Assembly (NCBI GenBank): GCA_964291395.2
Contig: OZ219856.1
Span: 992,001 to 1,056,000, forward strand
Reading direction: 5' to 3'
Origin: Alphaproteobacteria bacterium
Lineage (GTDB): Bacteria; Pseudomonadota; Alphaproteobacteria; UBA2966
DNA: 64,000 bases
A program made the translations under genes and the position numbers. Below are positions 29,520 through 39,674 of the stretch, piece by piece. Below the pieces are notes generated by a model. That model ran no database searches, was not told the DNA's origin, and worked only from the letters and a program-made list of their open reading frames with translations. The stretch's first letter is position 1. Each line of letters begins with the position of its first letter.

Positions 29520-30623
29520 TTGGATTACAGTACGTTCATGATGCCTCTCCATGACATGGAGCGGGATTATACGAAGGTCCTCAAGGAAGACCGCGAGGCG
29601 GTCATTCTCGCGGACGAGCTCGGGTTCAAAGAGGCCTATATCGGCGAACACGTCTCGGACCGGACGGAGCCGATCACGTCATGCACGCTTTTCCTCGCGA
29701 CACTCATGGATGCCACGCAGAACATCAAGTTGGGCTCCGGGACCGTCAACTTGCCCAACAGCCATCCGGCCCAGGTGGCCGCCCAGGTCGCGATGCTCGA
29801 TCACCTGCTCGAGGGTCGGTTCATGTTCGGCATCGGACCCGGGGGGCTGCGTTCGGACATGGAGGTGTTTGAGAACATTGACCGGGACCGCGCCGCCATG
29901 TTCATCGAGTCGATCGAGCACATTCTCGCCATTTGGGCGGGGGACCCGCCCTATAACCTGAAAGGCGAGTTCTGGAACATCAGCACGGAACGCACACTGG
30001 CGCCCGAGGTGGGGCAGGGAATCTTCGTCAAACCATACCAGCAGCCGCATCCGCCCATCGTCGTCACGACGATCGCTCCGAATTCCAAGGGACTGATGAA
30101 GACGGCGGAACGCGGTTGGCTGCCGCTGTCGTCGAGCTTTGTTCAGCCCGAGATCGTCGCTACGCATTGGCCGATGTATGCCCGGGGTCGGCGGAACGTC
30201 GGTGCCGAGCCGAGCGTCTCCGAATGGCGAGTCGGCAAGAGTATTTTCGTCGCTGACGACGAGGTGACGGCGCGGAGCTACGGCAAGGGCCTGGACGGTC
30301 CCTACGCGTATTACTTCAAGACGATCATGGGAAAGCTCGTCAGCGCGGGCCGTATCGGCACCTTCAAGGCCGATCGATCGATGCCTGACGAGGACGTCAC
30401 GCTGGAATGGGTCGTCGACTCGCTCGTCATCGCGGGCACCGTCAACAGCGTCGTCGACCAGATCCTGGCCTTCCGGGAAAGAACCGGAGATTTCGGGCAA
30501 CTGGTCTATTGCGGCCACGACTGGCTGGACGCCGATCTCGGCAAGCGCTCCATGCAGCTGTTCGCGGAAGAGGTCATGCCGCGGGTCAATGCCGCCATCC
30601 GCGAGTCCGCTGCGGCGGAGTAG
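29520..30623 (+). CDS. LLM-class flavin-dependent monooxygenase
   Basis: FMMPLH, ADELGFKEAYIGEH, IKLGSGTVNLP, MLDHLLEGRFMFGIGPG, KPYQQPHPPI, SMQLFAEEVMP. TTG start. Confidence 0.9.
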   Translation: MDYSTFMMPLHDMERDYTKVLKEDREAVILADELGFKEAYIGEHVSDRTEPITSCTLFLATLMDATQNIKLGSGTVNLPNSHPAQVAAQVAMLDHLLEGRFMFGIGPGGLRSDMEVFENIDRDRAAMFIESIEHILAIWAGDPPYNLKGEFWNISTERTLAPEVGQGIFVKPYQQPHPPIVVTTIAPNSKGLMKTAERGWLPLSSSFVQPEIVATHWPMYARGRRNVGAEPSVSEWRVGKSIFVADDEVTARSYGKGLDGPYAYYFKTIMGKLVSAGRIGTFKADRSMPDEDVTLEWVVDSLVIAGTVNSVVDQILAFRERTGDFGQLVYCGHDWLDADLGKRSMQLFAEEVMPRVNAAIRESAAAE

Positions 30624-30639
30624 TACCCCAAGCGGGGGA

Positions 30640-30734
30640 TGGCGGAAGAGAGTGGGAGTTGAACCCACCAGGAACGCTGAGCGCCCCAGCACGGGTTTGA
30701 AGCCCGGCCGCCCCACCGGAGACGATTCCCTTCC
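30640..30734 (-). tRNA. selC: tRNA-Sec (UCA anticodon)
   Basis: 95 nt: GGAAGGGA 8-bp acceptor stem, 6-bp D-stem with CGGT loop, CTTCAAA anticodon loop, long variable arm, 5-bp T-stem, GCCA end. Directly downstream of selB. Confidence 0.96.
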
Positions 30735-30756
30735 GCAGTCACCCGGCCTCGGCCTG

Positions 30757-32688
30757 TCATGCGTCCAGGCTTTCGAACGCATCGGCCGCCGGTTTCAGCA
30801 CCGTCCGCTCGTCTCCGATGCGGCGGGTGAAACCGGATCTATCAAAGAATTCCAGTACTTCGATCGTCAAGTTCCTTCCCAGCGCCGTCGCATCTCGGAA
30901 CATGCGCGCCGTGAAGCGCCGGTTGGGTGAGCCCGCGGCCACCCGCTCGGCGGTTCCCGCCAATTGCCGCACCATGGCCGGAGTCATGAAGCGATTTCGG
31001 GAGACCTGGACAGCGAGTCCCTGGCGGCCCAACCTGACGAGGAATTGCTCCAGGGTCCGGGGGGGCATTTCCAAGCTGGTCGCCAGGTCGGGAACCGACG
31101 GCGGGCGTCCTTGATCCGCTTCGAGCAGCGGCGAGATCCTGTCCCAGAGGGCCGCGTCTTTGGGTGGAAGGGCGGTCCGGTGGCCCGCCTGCCGGAGGCG
31201 GCCCGCTTCGCGGACGATCGTGCCGGACGTCACGAGGTCTTCGACGGCCGCCTCGAACAGCGCCCGGCCGAAATCCGAGCCCGCTGCCGCCCGCAGTTGG
31301 TCGAGAGGGATTCCTTGGCTGTCCGACGCGCCGGCGTGGTGGCCGGCGATGGCCTTCGCGATGCCGGATTGGGCCTGCTCCCAGCTCTCCCGTGCGACCG
31401 CGGTTCCCGCGCCGGCGGTCTTCGCGACGACGGTGCCCGCGCGGTGGGCTGCATCGGCGACATCTGATTTGGACAGGTTCCGCGCCACCGCGAAGCGGTC
31501 CAGGTCGATGCCTTGCGACGACGCGGCGCACATTCCCCGGAGGGCCTTCTCCGGATCGTCCTCGTCGGTCGCCTTGATCAGAGCCAAGCGTCCGGGGGTG
31601 CGGCGCCCGCGCCCCGGCGCGAAGGGATCGATCACGCGGCCGCCGCCGACCGTCCGGCGCGCCGACTGGTCCCGGATCACGAAACGATCTCCGAAAGCGA
31701 CGCTGGTCATGGAGTCGAGGACGATCTGCACCAGCCCGGCCTCGCCCGGCCGGAGGGAGCGGTCTTCGAGCAGGGCGACCCGGCCGGTCAGCGCCGCCGC
31801 TCCCACGTGGACATGCACGGGTGTCCAATGGCGGAGGGGGCGAGTCTCGCTCAAGAGGACCTTCAACCGCGCGTCGAACCGGCGAGTCGGAGAATCGAGC
31901 GCCGGAGCGACGAGCCAATCGCCACGCGCCACGGAGTCCCGCCCAAGTCCACGCCCGGTCAAATTGAGCGCGCAGCGCTGTCCCGCGGCACCCGAGGCGG
32001 ACTCGTGGTTCTGGGCATGGATTCCACGCACGCGAACCTCGAGGCCGCCCGGAGTCACCATGAGCCGGTCTTCGTGGTGCGTTTCGCCCGCGAAAACGGC
32101 GCCGGTCACCACGAGACCGGCGCCCTTCAGATGGAAGGAGCGGTCCACGGCCAGGCGGAACCCGCCCGCGGTGGTTCGCGAGGGGATGGCGCGGGCCATG
32201 CTTTCCAGGAACTCTCTCAGTTCCGCCACGCCCGTTCCCCTCGGTGACGATACGGGGAAAATGGACGCGTCTTCGAGGCAAGTGCCCGCCAACAGGATCC
32301 GAATGTCCTCGACGACCTCCGCGGCACGTTGCTCGTCGACTCGGTCGGTCTTCGTGACCGCGACGGCGCCGCGCCGAATGTCGAGCAGATCGAGGATGGC
32401 CAGATGTTCTTCGGTCTGTGGCATGGGTCCGTCGTCGGCGGCTACGATCAGGAGCGCGAGATCGATTCCCGAAACCCCCGCCAGCATGTTGCGAATGAAG
32501 CGTTCATGCCCGGGAACGTCGACGAAGCCGATGGTCGGACCGCCGTCGACAGGCAGGTAAGCGAAGCCGAGGTCGATGGTCAGGCCCCTTCGCTTCTCCT
32601 CCGGCAGTCGGTCGGCGTCGACACCGGTAAGGGCCTTGACCAGGAGCGTCTTTCCGTGGTCGATGTGTCCTGCGGTCGCGACGATCAC
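30757..32688 (-). CDS. selB: Selenocysteine-specific elongation factor
   Basis: VIVATAGHIDHGKT, EEKRRGLTIDLGFAY, FVDVPGHERF, C-terminal winged-helix GRNLTIEVLEFFD. GTG overlaps the selA TGA. Confidence 0.96.
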   Translation of the reverse strand: MIVATAGHIDHGKTLLVKALTGVDADRLPEEKRRGLTIDLGFAYLPVDGGPTIGFVDVPGHERFIRNMLAGVSGIDLALLIVAADDGPMPQTEEHLAILDLLDIRRGAVAVTKTDRVDEQRAAEVVEDIRILLAGTCLEDASIFPVSSPRGTGVAELREFLESMARAIPSRTTAGGFRLAVDRSFHLKGAGLVVTGAVFAGETHHEDRLMVTPGGLEVRVRGIHAQNHESASGAAGQRCALNLTGRGLGRDSVARGDWLVAPALDSPTRRFDARLKVLLSETRPLRHWTPVHVHVGAAALTGRVALLEDRSLRPGEAGLVQIVLDSMTSVAFGDRFVIRDQSARRTVGGGRVIDPFAPGRGRRTPGRLALIKATDEDDPEKALRGMCAASSQGIDLDRFAVARNLSKSDVADAAHRAGTVVAKTAGAGTAVARESWEQAQSGIAKAIAGHHAGASDSQGIPLDQLRAAAGSDFGRALFEAAVEDLVTSGTIVREAGRLRQAGHRTALPPKDAALWDRISPLLEADQGRPPSVPDLATSLEMPPRTLEQFLVRLGRQGLAVQVSRNRFMTPAMVRQLAGTAERVAAGSPNRRFTARMFRDATALGRNLTIEVLEFFDRSGFTRRIGDERTVLKPAADAFESLDA

Positions 32689-34124
32689 GCCGGTGGCTCT
32701 CCAGTCGCCGGAACCGTCGGCTTGAGTTGGCCGGCGAATGCCGCTTCGTCGTCGAGGCAGCGCAGATCCAGAACGAGCGCGTCGTTTTCGATTCGGCCGA
32801 TCACGGGGATCGCCAGACCGCGCAAATCCCCGGCCAGCTTTTCCAGGCGCCCGCCCAATCCGCGTTTTCCGCCGCTCGGGTGCGCGACCAGCGCGGTGCT
32901 CGGCAGGGAACTCGCCGGTTGCGCTCCGCTTCCGATCTGGCTTTGGACGGGCTGGAGAGTCACGCTGCCGCGGTCGCCTACCCAAGTTGCGAGTACCGGC
33001 AGCAGACGTACGGCGGCGGCCTCGATCTCCGTGGCCGGGCGGGTCAAGAGACGCAGAGTCGGAAGTTTCTCTGCCAGCCGGTCGGGATCGTCGTAAAGGC
33101 GCAAGACGGCCTCCAGGGCGGCGATGGAGAGCTTGCCGAGTCGCATCGCCCGCTTCATGGGATTGCGCTTGATCCTGGCGACGAGGTCTGCTCGCCCGGC
33201 CACGATCCCGGCCTGCGGCCCGCCCAGGAGCTTGTCGCCGCTGAACGTGACGAGGTCAGCGCCCGCCGCGAGGGTTTCGCGGGGCGTGGGCTCATGGGGC
33301 AGGTCCCAGCGCGTCAGGTCCACGAGAGAGCCGCTGCCGAGATCGACGACGAAGGGAAGGTGGCGCGCGTGGGCAAGCTCCGCGAGGTCCCGCCCGGGAA
33401 CTTCGGCGGTGAACCCTTCGACGACGTAGTTGCTGGTATGCACCTTCATGATCAGAGCCGTCTTCTCTCGGACCGCGTCGGCATAGTCGTGAAGGTGTGT
33501 CCGGTTCGTCGTGCCGACCTCGCGCAGCCGGCATCCCGCGCGGGCCATGATGTCGGGCATGCGGAACGAGCCGCCGATCTCGATCAGTTCGCCGCGGGAA
33601 ACCACCACCTCCTTGCGCAGCGCCAGGGAATTGAGCGTCAGCAGAACGGCGGCGGCGTTGTTGTTGACCGCGGTCGCGGCCTCGGCGCCCGTGAGCGCGC
33701 AGAGACGGGCCTCCAAGTGACCGTCCCGGTCGCCGCGCCGCCCCCTGTCGATGTCGAATTCGAGGTTCGTGGGCCGCAGCGCCGCCATGGCCACGGCTTC
33801 GACGACCTCGGGAGGCAAGGGCGCGCGTCCCAGGTTCGTATGAAGCGCCGTGCCCGTGAGATTGAAGACGCGTCTCAGGCTGGGCGCGGCCGCCGCTTCG
33901 AGTTTCGCGGCGACGGCGCCGGCGAGTGCGTCGGGTTCACGCGCGTTCGGTTTCAGGTCGCGGCCCGCCTTCACGGCCGAACGCAGATCGGCCAGAACCT
34001 CTCGTACCGCGCCCGTGGTCGCGGGCCGTCCGTACGACTCCGAAAGTGCCTCCACCGCCGGTTCGCGGAGCACGCGGTCCACGGACGGAATCGCGGCCAG
34101 GTTCGGTGGTTTCGCTGTCGCCAT
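32685..34124 (-). CDS. selA: L-seryl-tRNA(Sec) selenium transferase
   Basis: VFNLTGTALHTNLGRAPL, VNNNAAAV, SRGELIEIGGSFR, EVGTTNRTH, FSGDKLLGGPQAG. Confidence 0.97.
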   Translation of the reverse strand: MATAKPPNLAAIPSVDRVLREPAVEALSESYGRPATTGAVREVLADLRSAVKAGRDLKPNAREPDALAGAVAAKLEAAAAPSLRRVFNLTGTALHTNLGRAPLPPEVVEAVAMAALRPTNLEFDIDRGRRGDRDGHLEARLCALTGAEAATAVNNNAAAVLLTLNSLALRKEVVVSRGELIEIGGSFRMPDIMARAGCRLREVGTTNRTHLHDYADAVREKTALIMKVHTSNYVVEGFTAEVPGRDLAELAHARHLPFVVDLGSGSLVDLTRWDLPHEPTPRETLAAGADLVTFSGDKLLGGPQAGIVAGRADLVARIKRNPMKRAMRLGKLSIAALEAVLRLYDDPDRLAEKLPTLRLLTRPATEIEAAAVRLLPVLATWVGDRGSVTLQPVQSQIGSGAQPASSLPSTALVAHPSGGKRGLGGRLEKLAGDLRGLAIPVIGRIENDALVLDLRCLDDEAAFAGQLKPTVPATGEPPA

Positions 34125-34401
34125 GGGCCTGGACAGGGCTCGCGTTGCGTGGGGACCACGCTATCTCCCCGATTCGCGCGGGGTCAAGAAACGCGGGTCC
34201 ACGGCATCAGGAGATGGCCGGCTACACCCTCGTTACATGTGTGAAGTTGAGTGGCGCCGGCGACAATCCGGAGTTCTCCGGGGAAGATGCGGCGCAGCCG
34301 CAACGCTCGTCCCCATGGGGGCCGGTCCGATGATGGGCCAAGGCCCCGTCGAGACGGATCCGGCGCTGCCGGAGGGTGGGCACAGCCATTTGGCGGTCGC
34401 C

Positions 34402-35070
34402 CTAGAGGAACTGCTGGAAGAGGAAGGCGTTCGTGCGTTCAAGCGCCAGCTTCGCGTCCGTCTCGTGATAGGACGCACGGCGATCGCAGTTGAACCCATG
34501 CTCGGCCTCGGCGTACGTGTGGACCGTTATCTCCGGGTGCTTTCCGGAGATCTCCTTGACGTCGCTCATCGGGATGCCGGCGTCCCGCTCGCCGAAATGG
34601 AGCATGGTGGGGCACTTGGGAGACTCGTCGACGAAATCGATGATGCCGCCGCCGTAGTATCCGACGGCGCACGTAAGGTCGAGACGGCACGCGGCAACCC
34701 ATGTCACGGTGCCGCCGTAGCAGTATCCGACGATGCCGGGCCGCTTGTCGCCGGCGACGGCGTCCGCCGCGGCCTCGACGTCCGTCATGGTGTTGCGCCA
34801 ACTGAGCTGCCCCATGAAGTTGCGGCCGCGCTCGATGTCCTCCGGCGTGTAGCCGAGTTCGACGCCGGGCTCCACGCGGTCGAAGACGGCCGGCGCGATG
34901 GACGAATAGCCTTCTCCCGCGAACCTGTCGCAGACCTCCCGGATGTGGACGTTGACGCCGAAGATCTCCTGGATCACGACCAGGCTTCCACGCTGCGTGC
35001 CTTCCGGAATCGCCTCGTAGGCGGCCAGCTCGTGGCCGTCGCTCGCCTTCAATGTCCGCATTGAACCCAT
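34402..35070 (-). CDS. Dienelactone hydrolase family protein
   Basis: VIQEIFGVN, GYCYGG nucleophile, HFGERD, AEHGFNCDRR. GGAGG SD. Confidence 0.92.
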   Translation of the reverse strand: MGSMRTLKASDGHELAAYEAIPEGTQRGSLVVIQEIFGVNVHIREVCDRFAGEGYSSIAPAVFDRVEPGVELGYTPEDIERGRNFMGQLSWRNTMTDVEAAADAVAGDKRPGIVGYCYGGTVTWVAACRLDLTCAVGYYGGGIIDFVDESPKCPTMLHFGERDAGIPMSDVKEISGKHPEITVHTYAEAEHGFNCDRRASYHETDAKLALERTNAFLFQQFL

Positions 35071-35256
35071 CTCGTTTTCCTCCTCCCGCGTGTATTTGGT
35101 CGGTTCCGCCGTCGGTCGAATGTGGCGGGACACTATCACAGAGATCGCTATGCCGACACGGACGATCGATGTCCCGACCGCCGTGGATGTTTGTCGCCGC
35201 GTCCCGGTTGGTTATGATCCGCCCTCGGTCCAATCCCTGATACGAAAGAGTCTCCC

Positions 35257-36096
35257 ATGCCCGGAAAGAGCAACAGGGAAGCCGTGCTGCAGCGGCTGCG
35301 GGGCGAGGCCCGCGACATCCGGCGCAATTCCTGGCGTGCGCTGCGCGCGGCGGGAGCCGGCCATGTCGGGGGCGCCCTCTCCGCCGCGGAACTGCTGGCG
35401 GCCCTCTATTTCCATCATCTTCGCATCCGGCCCGACGAGCCGGACTGGCCCGACCGCGATCGCTTCGTGCTGTCGAAGGGTCACGGCAACGCGGCGCTGG
35501 CCGCCGTGCTGGCGCAGGCCGGCTTCTTCGAAGAGAGCCGGCTCGACGAGTTCTACGCCTACGAGTCGCTGCTCGGCATGCATCCCGACATCAAATGCGA
35601 GGGTGTCGAGATGAGCACCGGCGGGCTGGGCCACGGGCTCTCGGTCGGCATGGGCATGGCGCTCGGCGCGCGTCTGCAGAAGAAGGATTTTCGGACCGTC
35701 GTGATGATCGGCGACGGCGAGTTGCAGGAGGGTTCGAACTGGGAAGCGGCGATGGCCGCGGCGCACATGTCGCTGTCCAACCTCACCGCCATCGTCGACT
35801 ACAACAAGGTCCAGCAGAGCGGTCACGTCCGCGACAGGATGGCCCTCGAACCCCTGGCGGACAAATGGCGGGCCTTTGGCTGGGCGGTCCGGGAGATCGA
35901 CGGTCACGATGTCGGCGAGATCGTCGATGTTCTCGACGCGCTTCCCCTGGAACAGGACAAGCCGTCCTTCGTGATCGCCCATACGGTCAAGGGCAAGGGC
36001 GCCAGCTTCGCGGAAGATACCTACCTCTGGCACAACAACGCCGTGACCGACGAAGTCTACGCACAGGCTCTCGCGGAACTGGAGGCGCAGGCATGA
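35257..36096 (+). CDS. Split transketolase, N-terminal subunit
   Basis: GHVGGALS, DRDRFVLSKGH, STGGLGHGLS, GDGELQEGSNWEA, HTVKGKG. Confidence 0.92.
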   Translation: MPGKSNREAVLQRLRGEARDIRRNSWRALRAAGAGHVGGALSAAELLAALYFHHLRIRPDEPDWPDRDRFVLSKGHGNAALAAVLAQAGFFEESRLDEFYAYESLLGMHPDIKCEGVEMSTGGLGHGLSVGMGMALGARLQKKDFRTVVMIGDGELQEGSNWEAAMAAAHMSLSNLTAIVDYNKVQQSGHVRDRMALEPLADKWRAFGWAVREIDGHDVGEIVDVLDALPLEQDKPSFVIAHTVKGKGASFAEDTYLWHNNAVTDEVYAQALAELEAQA

Positions 36097-37073
36097 ACGA
36101 CGCCGGCAAGGGAACCTCGGTTACGCCCGAATGGGTCGACATCGCCGCCAACCAGTCCCGCCTGTCGTTCGGCCTGGCCGTCACGGAACTGGCGGACCGG
36201 GACGACAGCATCGTCGCCGTCGCCGCCGATACCCTCGACCTGATCGGCTTGCGGACGCTGATGGAGAGGCATCCCGAGCGAGTGATCGACGTCGGCATCG
36301 CCGAGCAGAACGCCATGGGAGTCGCCAGCGGTCTCGCGACCACGGGCATGCACCCCTATCTCTGCGGCTATGCGCCGTTCATCACCGCGCGGTCGATGGA
36401 GCAACTGCGCAACGACGTGGACTACGCCAACCAGCGGGTCGTCATCGGCGCGGCGTGCAGCGGGATCTCCCTCGCGGTGTCCGGCGGGACCCATCACGCA
36501 GTCGAGGACATCGCCCTGATGCGCAGCCTGCCCAACATGACCGTGATCGTCGTCGCCGACGCCCACCAGGGCTATCACGCCACCCTGGCCACCCGGGACC
36601 ACGACGGCCCCGTCTATATCCGTCTCGGCGGACGGGCGATCGAGACCCCGGCGACGCCGGTCGACGCGGACTACGAGATCGGCAGGGCCGACGTGCTGCG
36701 CGAGGGTAGGGACGTGACCGTGATCGCCTGCGGCTGCATGGTGCCGGAAGCCGTATCGGCTGCCGAGACCCTGGAAGAGCAGGGCCTCGACGTGCGCGTG
36801 ATCAACATGCACACGATCAAGCCGCTCGACCGCGACGCGGTCCTCGCGGCGGCGGCCGAAACCGGCGGAATCGTCACGGCGGAAGAGCACCACTTGACGG
36901 GCGGCCTCGGCGGCGCCGTCGCCGAACTGCTGGCGGAAGAGCATCCCACGCGCATGCGCTTCGTCGGCATGCCCGCCGAGTACGCCATCGTCGGACCTAC
37001 CGACAAGGTCCGGGATCGCTACGGCATGAGCGCCCGCCACGTCGTGGCGGCCTGCCGATCTCTCGCGGGCTGA
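36093..37073 (+). CDS. Split transketolase, C-terminal subunit
   Basis: ATGA overlap with the N subunit; DVGIAEQN, GGTHHAVED, TIKPLD, EEHHLTGGLG. Confidence 0.92.
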   Translation: MNDAGKGTSVTPEWVDIAANQSRLSFGLAVTELADRDDSIVAVAADTLDLIGLRTLMERHPERVIDVGIAEQNAMGVASGLATTGMHPYLCGYAPFITARSMEQLRNDVDYANQRVVIGAACSGISLAVSGGTHHAVEDIALMRSLPNMTVIVVADAHQGYHATLATRDHDGPVYIRLGGRAIETPATPVDADYEIGRADVLREGRDVTVIACGCMVPEAVSAAETLEEQGLDVRVINMHTIKPLDRDAVLAAAAETGGIVTAEEHHLTGGLGGAVAELLAEEHPTRMRFVGMPAEYAIVGPTDKVRDRYGMSARHVVAACRSLAG

Positions 37074-37086
37074 CCGGCAGGGCGTA

Positions 37087-38289
37087 TCAGCCTATGGCGC
37101 CCGTGCTCTCCAGCGCCCGGATCTCGTCACTCGTGTAGCCGGCCTCACCGAGCACCTCCCTCGTATGCTCGCCGAGCCGCGGTGCCCGGCGGCGAATGAC
37201 GGCGGGGTTCTTCGAATACTTGATCGGGTGGCCCAGAACCCGCATGGGTCCGCCGCGGGACGTTCCCACCTCCTCGATCATCTCGCGGGCGAGAACATGC
37301 CCGTCCGACGTCATCTGCGGGATATCGAAGACCGGACCCGCCGGGATGCCGGCGGCGTCGAGCTTGGCGAGCCAACCGTCGGTGGTGTCCGTCTCGAAGA
37401 TCGGGATGAGGACTTCTTGCAGGTCCGCCAGACTGGCCCGGCGCTCGTTGGGTCCCGTAAAGCGCGGATCCTCGGCGATCTCGGGGGCGCCGAGTAGATC
37501 CACGAGTTTCAACCACAGGCCCTGGTTGGCGGCTCCCAGGGTGATCCAGCCGTCCTTGGTCTTGAAAGCCTGGTAGGGCGCCATCAGGGGATGGGCCGAC
37601 CCCATCGCCGTCGGCCGCTCGCCCGAGGCCATGAAGATCGCCGACTGCCAGTAGGTGTGCATGATGCCGGCTTCGAGGAGCGAGGTGTCGATTAGCTGAC
37701 CGCGTCCCGTGCTTGCCCGCTTGAACAGGGCTGCCACGATCCCGAGCGCGGCGAGCGACCCGGCGGTGATGTCGGTGACCGGGGCGCCCACCTTGACCGG
37801 CGGCCTCCCGGGGCCTTCGCCGGTGATGCTCATGAGCCCGCTCATGCCCTGCGCCACCAGGTCGAAGCCGCCGCGTTCGGCGTACGGGCCGGTGCCGCCG
37901 AAGCCCGAGATCGAGCAATAGACCAGCCCGCGATTGGCCTTCGCCATCTCTTCGTAGCCCACGCCGTAGCGTTCCATGGCGCCCAGACGATAGTTCTCGA
38001 CGAACACGTCCGCGCCTTCGATCAGCCGGCCCAGGACCGCTGTCGCCCCGTCCGTCTTCATGTCGAGGGCCATGCCCCGCTTGTTGCGGTTCATCATGGC
38101 GAACGGAGCCGACTCGCCGTCCGTGAAGGGCCCGCTGTTGCGGATGCTGTCTCCGTGGGGGAGCCGTTCCACTTTGATCACGTCGGCGCCCATGTCGGCG
38201 AGCAGCAGCCCGCACGTGGGCGCGGCCATGATGTGACTCATCTCGATGACCCGGATGCCCGATAGCAATCCGCTGCCGCCGTCCGCCAT
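37087..38289 (-). CDS. Class III CoA-transferase (CaiB/BaiF)
   Basis: LSGIRVIEM, LADMGADVIKVE, NRNKRG, ADVFVENYR, SISGFG, APRLGEHT. Confidence 0.93.
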   Translation of the reverse strand: MADGGSGLLSGIRVIEMSHIMAAPTCGLLLADMGADVIKVERLPHGDSIRNSGPFTDGESAPFAMMNRNKRGMALDMKTDGATAVLGRLIEGADVFVENYRLGAMERYGVGYEEMAKANRGLVYCSISGFGGTGPYAERGGFDLVAQGMSGLMSITGEGPGRPPVKVGAPVTDITAGSLAALGIVAALFKRASTGRGQLIDTSLLEAGIMHTYWQSAIFMASGERPTAMGSAHPLMAPYQAFKTKDGWITLGAANQGLWLKLVDLLGAPEIAEDPRFTGPNERRASLADLQEVLIPIFETDTTDGWLAKLDAAGIPAGPVFDIPQMTSDGHVLAREMIEEVGTSRGGPMRVLGHPIKYSKNPAVIRRRAPRLGEHTREVLGEAGYTSDEIRALESTGAIG

Positions 38290-38291
38290 GC

Positions 38292-39116
38292 TCACCTGCC
38301 CTTGAATCGCGGCGTTTCCTTGGCGAGAAAAGCGCGGACGCCCTCCTGGAAGTCCTCGGTGTCGAAACAGGCGAAACCCTCGGCGGCCTCTTCCCGCGTG
38401 AGGGGGGCGGGCGTCCTGGCGCCCGCGACCACCCGCCGGATGAACTTCTTGTGCCAGCGATTGACCAGCGGCGCGCCCGAAGAGATGCGCTCGACGGTCT
38501 CGGCGACGTCCGCATCCAGCTCCTCGTCGGGGACCACGCGGTTGACGAGGCCCTTGTCCTTGGCCTCCTCCGCGTCGAACACGCGTGCCTCCAGCAGGAT
38601 TTCGAGAGCCACCGACGGTCCCACCAGATCGACGAGGGCTTCCACTTCCGGGTAGGCCATGACCAGTCCGAGCCGGCTGACGGGGATGCCGAAGCGGGCG
38701 CCCGCGCCGGCGATTCGGAGGTCGCACATGAGCGCGAGTTCCAGGCCGCCGCCCACGCACAGGCCCCCGATCCGCGCGACCACGGGAACGCGGCAATCGC
38801 GGATGGCGGCCATGGCCTCGTGCATGAGGCCGCCGTACTCGCTTGCCTGCGCCGAATCGTTGCGCGTGTCGGCGAACTCGCTGATGTCGGCGCCGGGCGC
38901 GAGCGCCTTGTCGCTCCCGCCCTTCAGCACGACGCAACGCAGCCCGTCGTCGCCGTCGAGTGAGCGGAACACCTCGCCGACGCGCTTCCACATCTCCCTG
39001 TTGAGCGCATTCAGCTTGTCCGGCCGGTTGAGCAGTACGGTGGCCACGTCGCCTTCGCGCTCCACCAATACGACGTCGTCCCCGCCGTCTCGTTCAGCTA
39101 TGTCCTTTGTCGGCAT
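38292..39116 (-). CDS. Enoyl-CoA hydratase/isomerase (crotonase)
   Basis: LNRPDKLNAL, GADISEF, CVGGGLELALMCDLR, DFQEGVRAF..PRFKGR. Confidence 0.92.
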   Translation of the reverse strand: MPTKDIAERDGGDDVVLVEREGDVATVLLNRPDKLNALNREMWKRVGEVFRSLDGDDGLRCVVLKGGSDKALAPGADISEFADTRNDSAQASEYGGLMHEAMAAIRDCRVPVVARIGGLCVGGGLELALMCDLRIAGAGARFGIPVSRLGLVMAYPEVEALVDLVGPSVALEILLEARVFDAEEAKDKGLVNRVVPDEELDADVAETVERISSGAPLVNRWHKKFIRRVVAGARTPAPLTREEAAEGFACFDTEDFQEGVRAFLAKETPRFKGR

Positions 39117-39354
39117 GCTCGATCCAACCGCCGAATGGTCCGTCCGCCCCTTATACTATGTAACTTATTGTAATATTGAGTTTTTTGTAGGTCACGACCG
39201 GTTGCGTCCCGTATTCGATCCCTTGGTATGAACGGCGTCGCCGTCATCCTTTTTTCCGCGTGCCGCTACCGCGATGGGCGCCGACCGTCGTGACCGTGAT
39301 GATCGCAGTCTCCCGCGGTCGACCGTTGTCTGTCGTTCTCTTTCCGGCCATCGG

Positions 39355-39476
39355 CGAGCCTCGCACCAGCTCGCGAGCCTTGCCTTCCGAGATCCTCGAA
39401 CGCCTCGCGTACTTGTTTTTCATTACCATGCCTAGCGTTAGCACACATCACAACAGACCCAGCTAGGCAAGACCCT
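39355..39476 (-). mobile_element. IS1595-family remnant (left end plus first ~20 transposase codons)
   Basis: End-like AGGGTCTTGCCTAG followed by MKNKYARRSRISEGKARELVR, similar to IS1595 transposase N-termini (KNRY..RSRISE.KFR.L). Similarity then stops. Confidence 0.65.
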
Positions 39477-39674
39477 TCATTGTTTTCGAGCACGGCCGGG
39501 CCGCTGCCCTGGCTGAGTGGCGGCGACTTGCAACCCGATAGCCCTTGATTGCAGGTTCTACAGGTCCAAGCCGGTTGGTCTGACAATGCCCGGTGACGCC
39601 ATGTCACCGGTAAGACTCGGGCACCACGGCTCGTCTATGCTGAACAGGCCGTTCATTCAGCGCGGGAGGCTCAC

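Noticed and set aside
30624-30640. Integrated element at the tRNA-Sec 3' end
   Set aside because: Only 16 bp separate the tRNA from the convergent LLM gene. No integrase or duplicated att site was seen.
32689-32985. Long N-terminal extensions in the ORF track for selB and also CaiB, GcvT, CheY, cyclase, DctM and Rieske
   Set aside because: Artefacts of first-start calling. Internal starts fit family N-termini, SD sites or stop/start overlaps.
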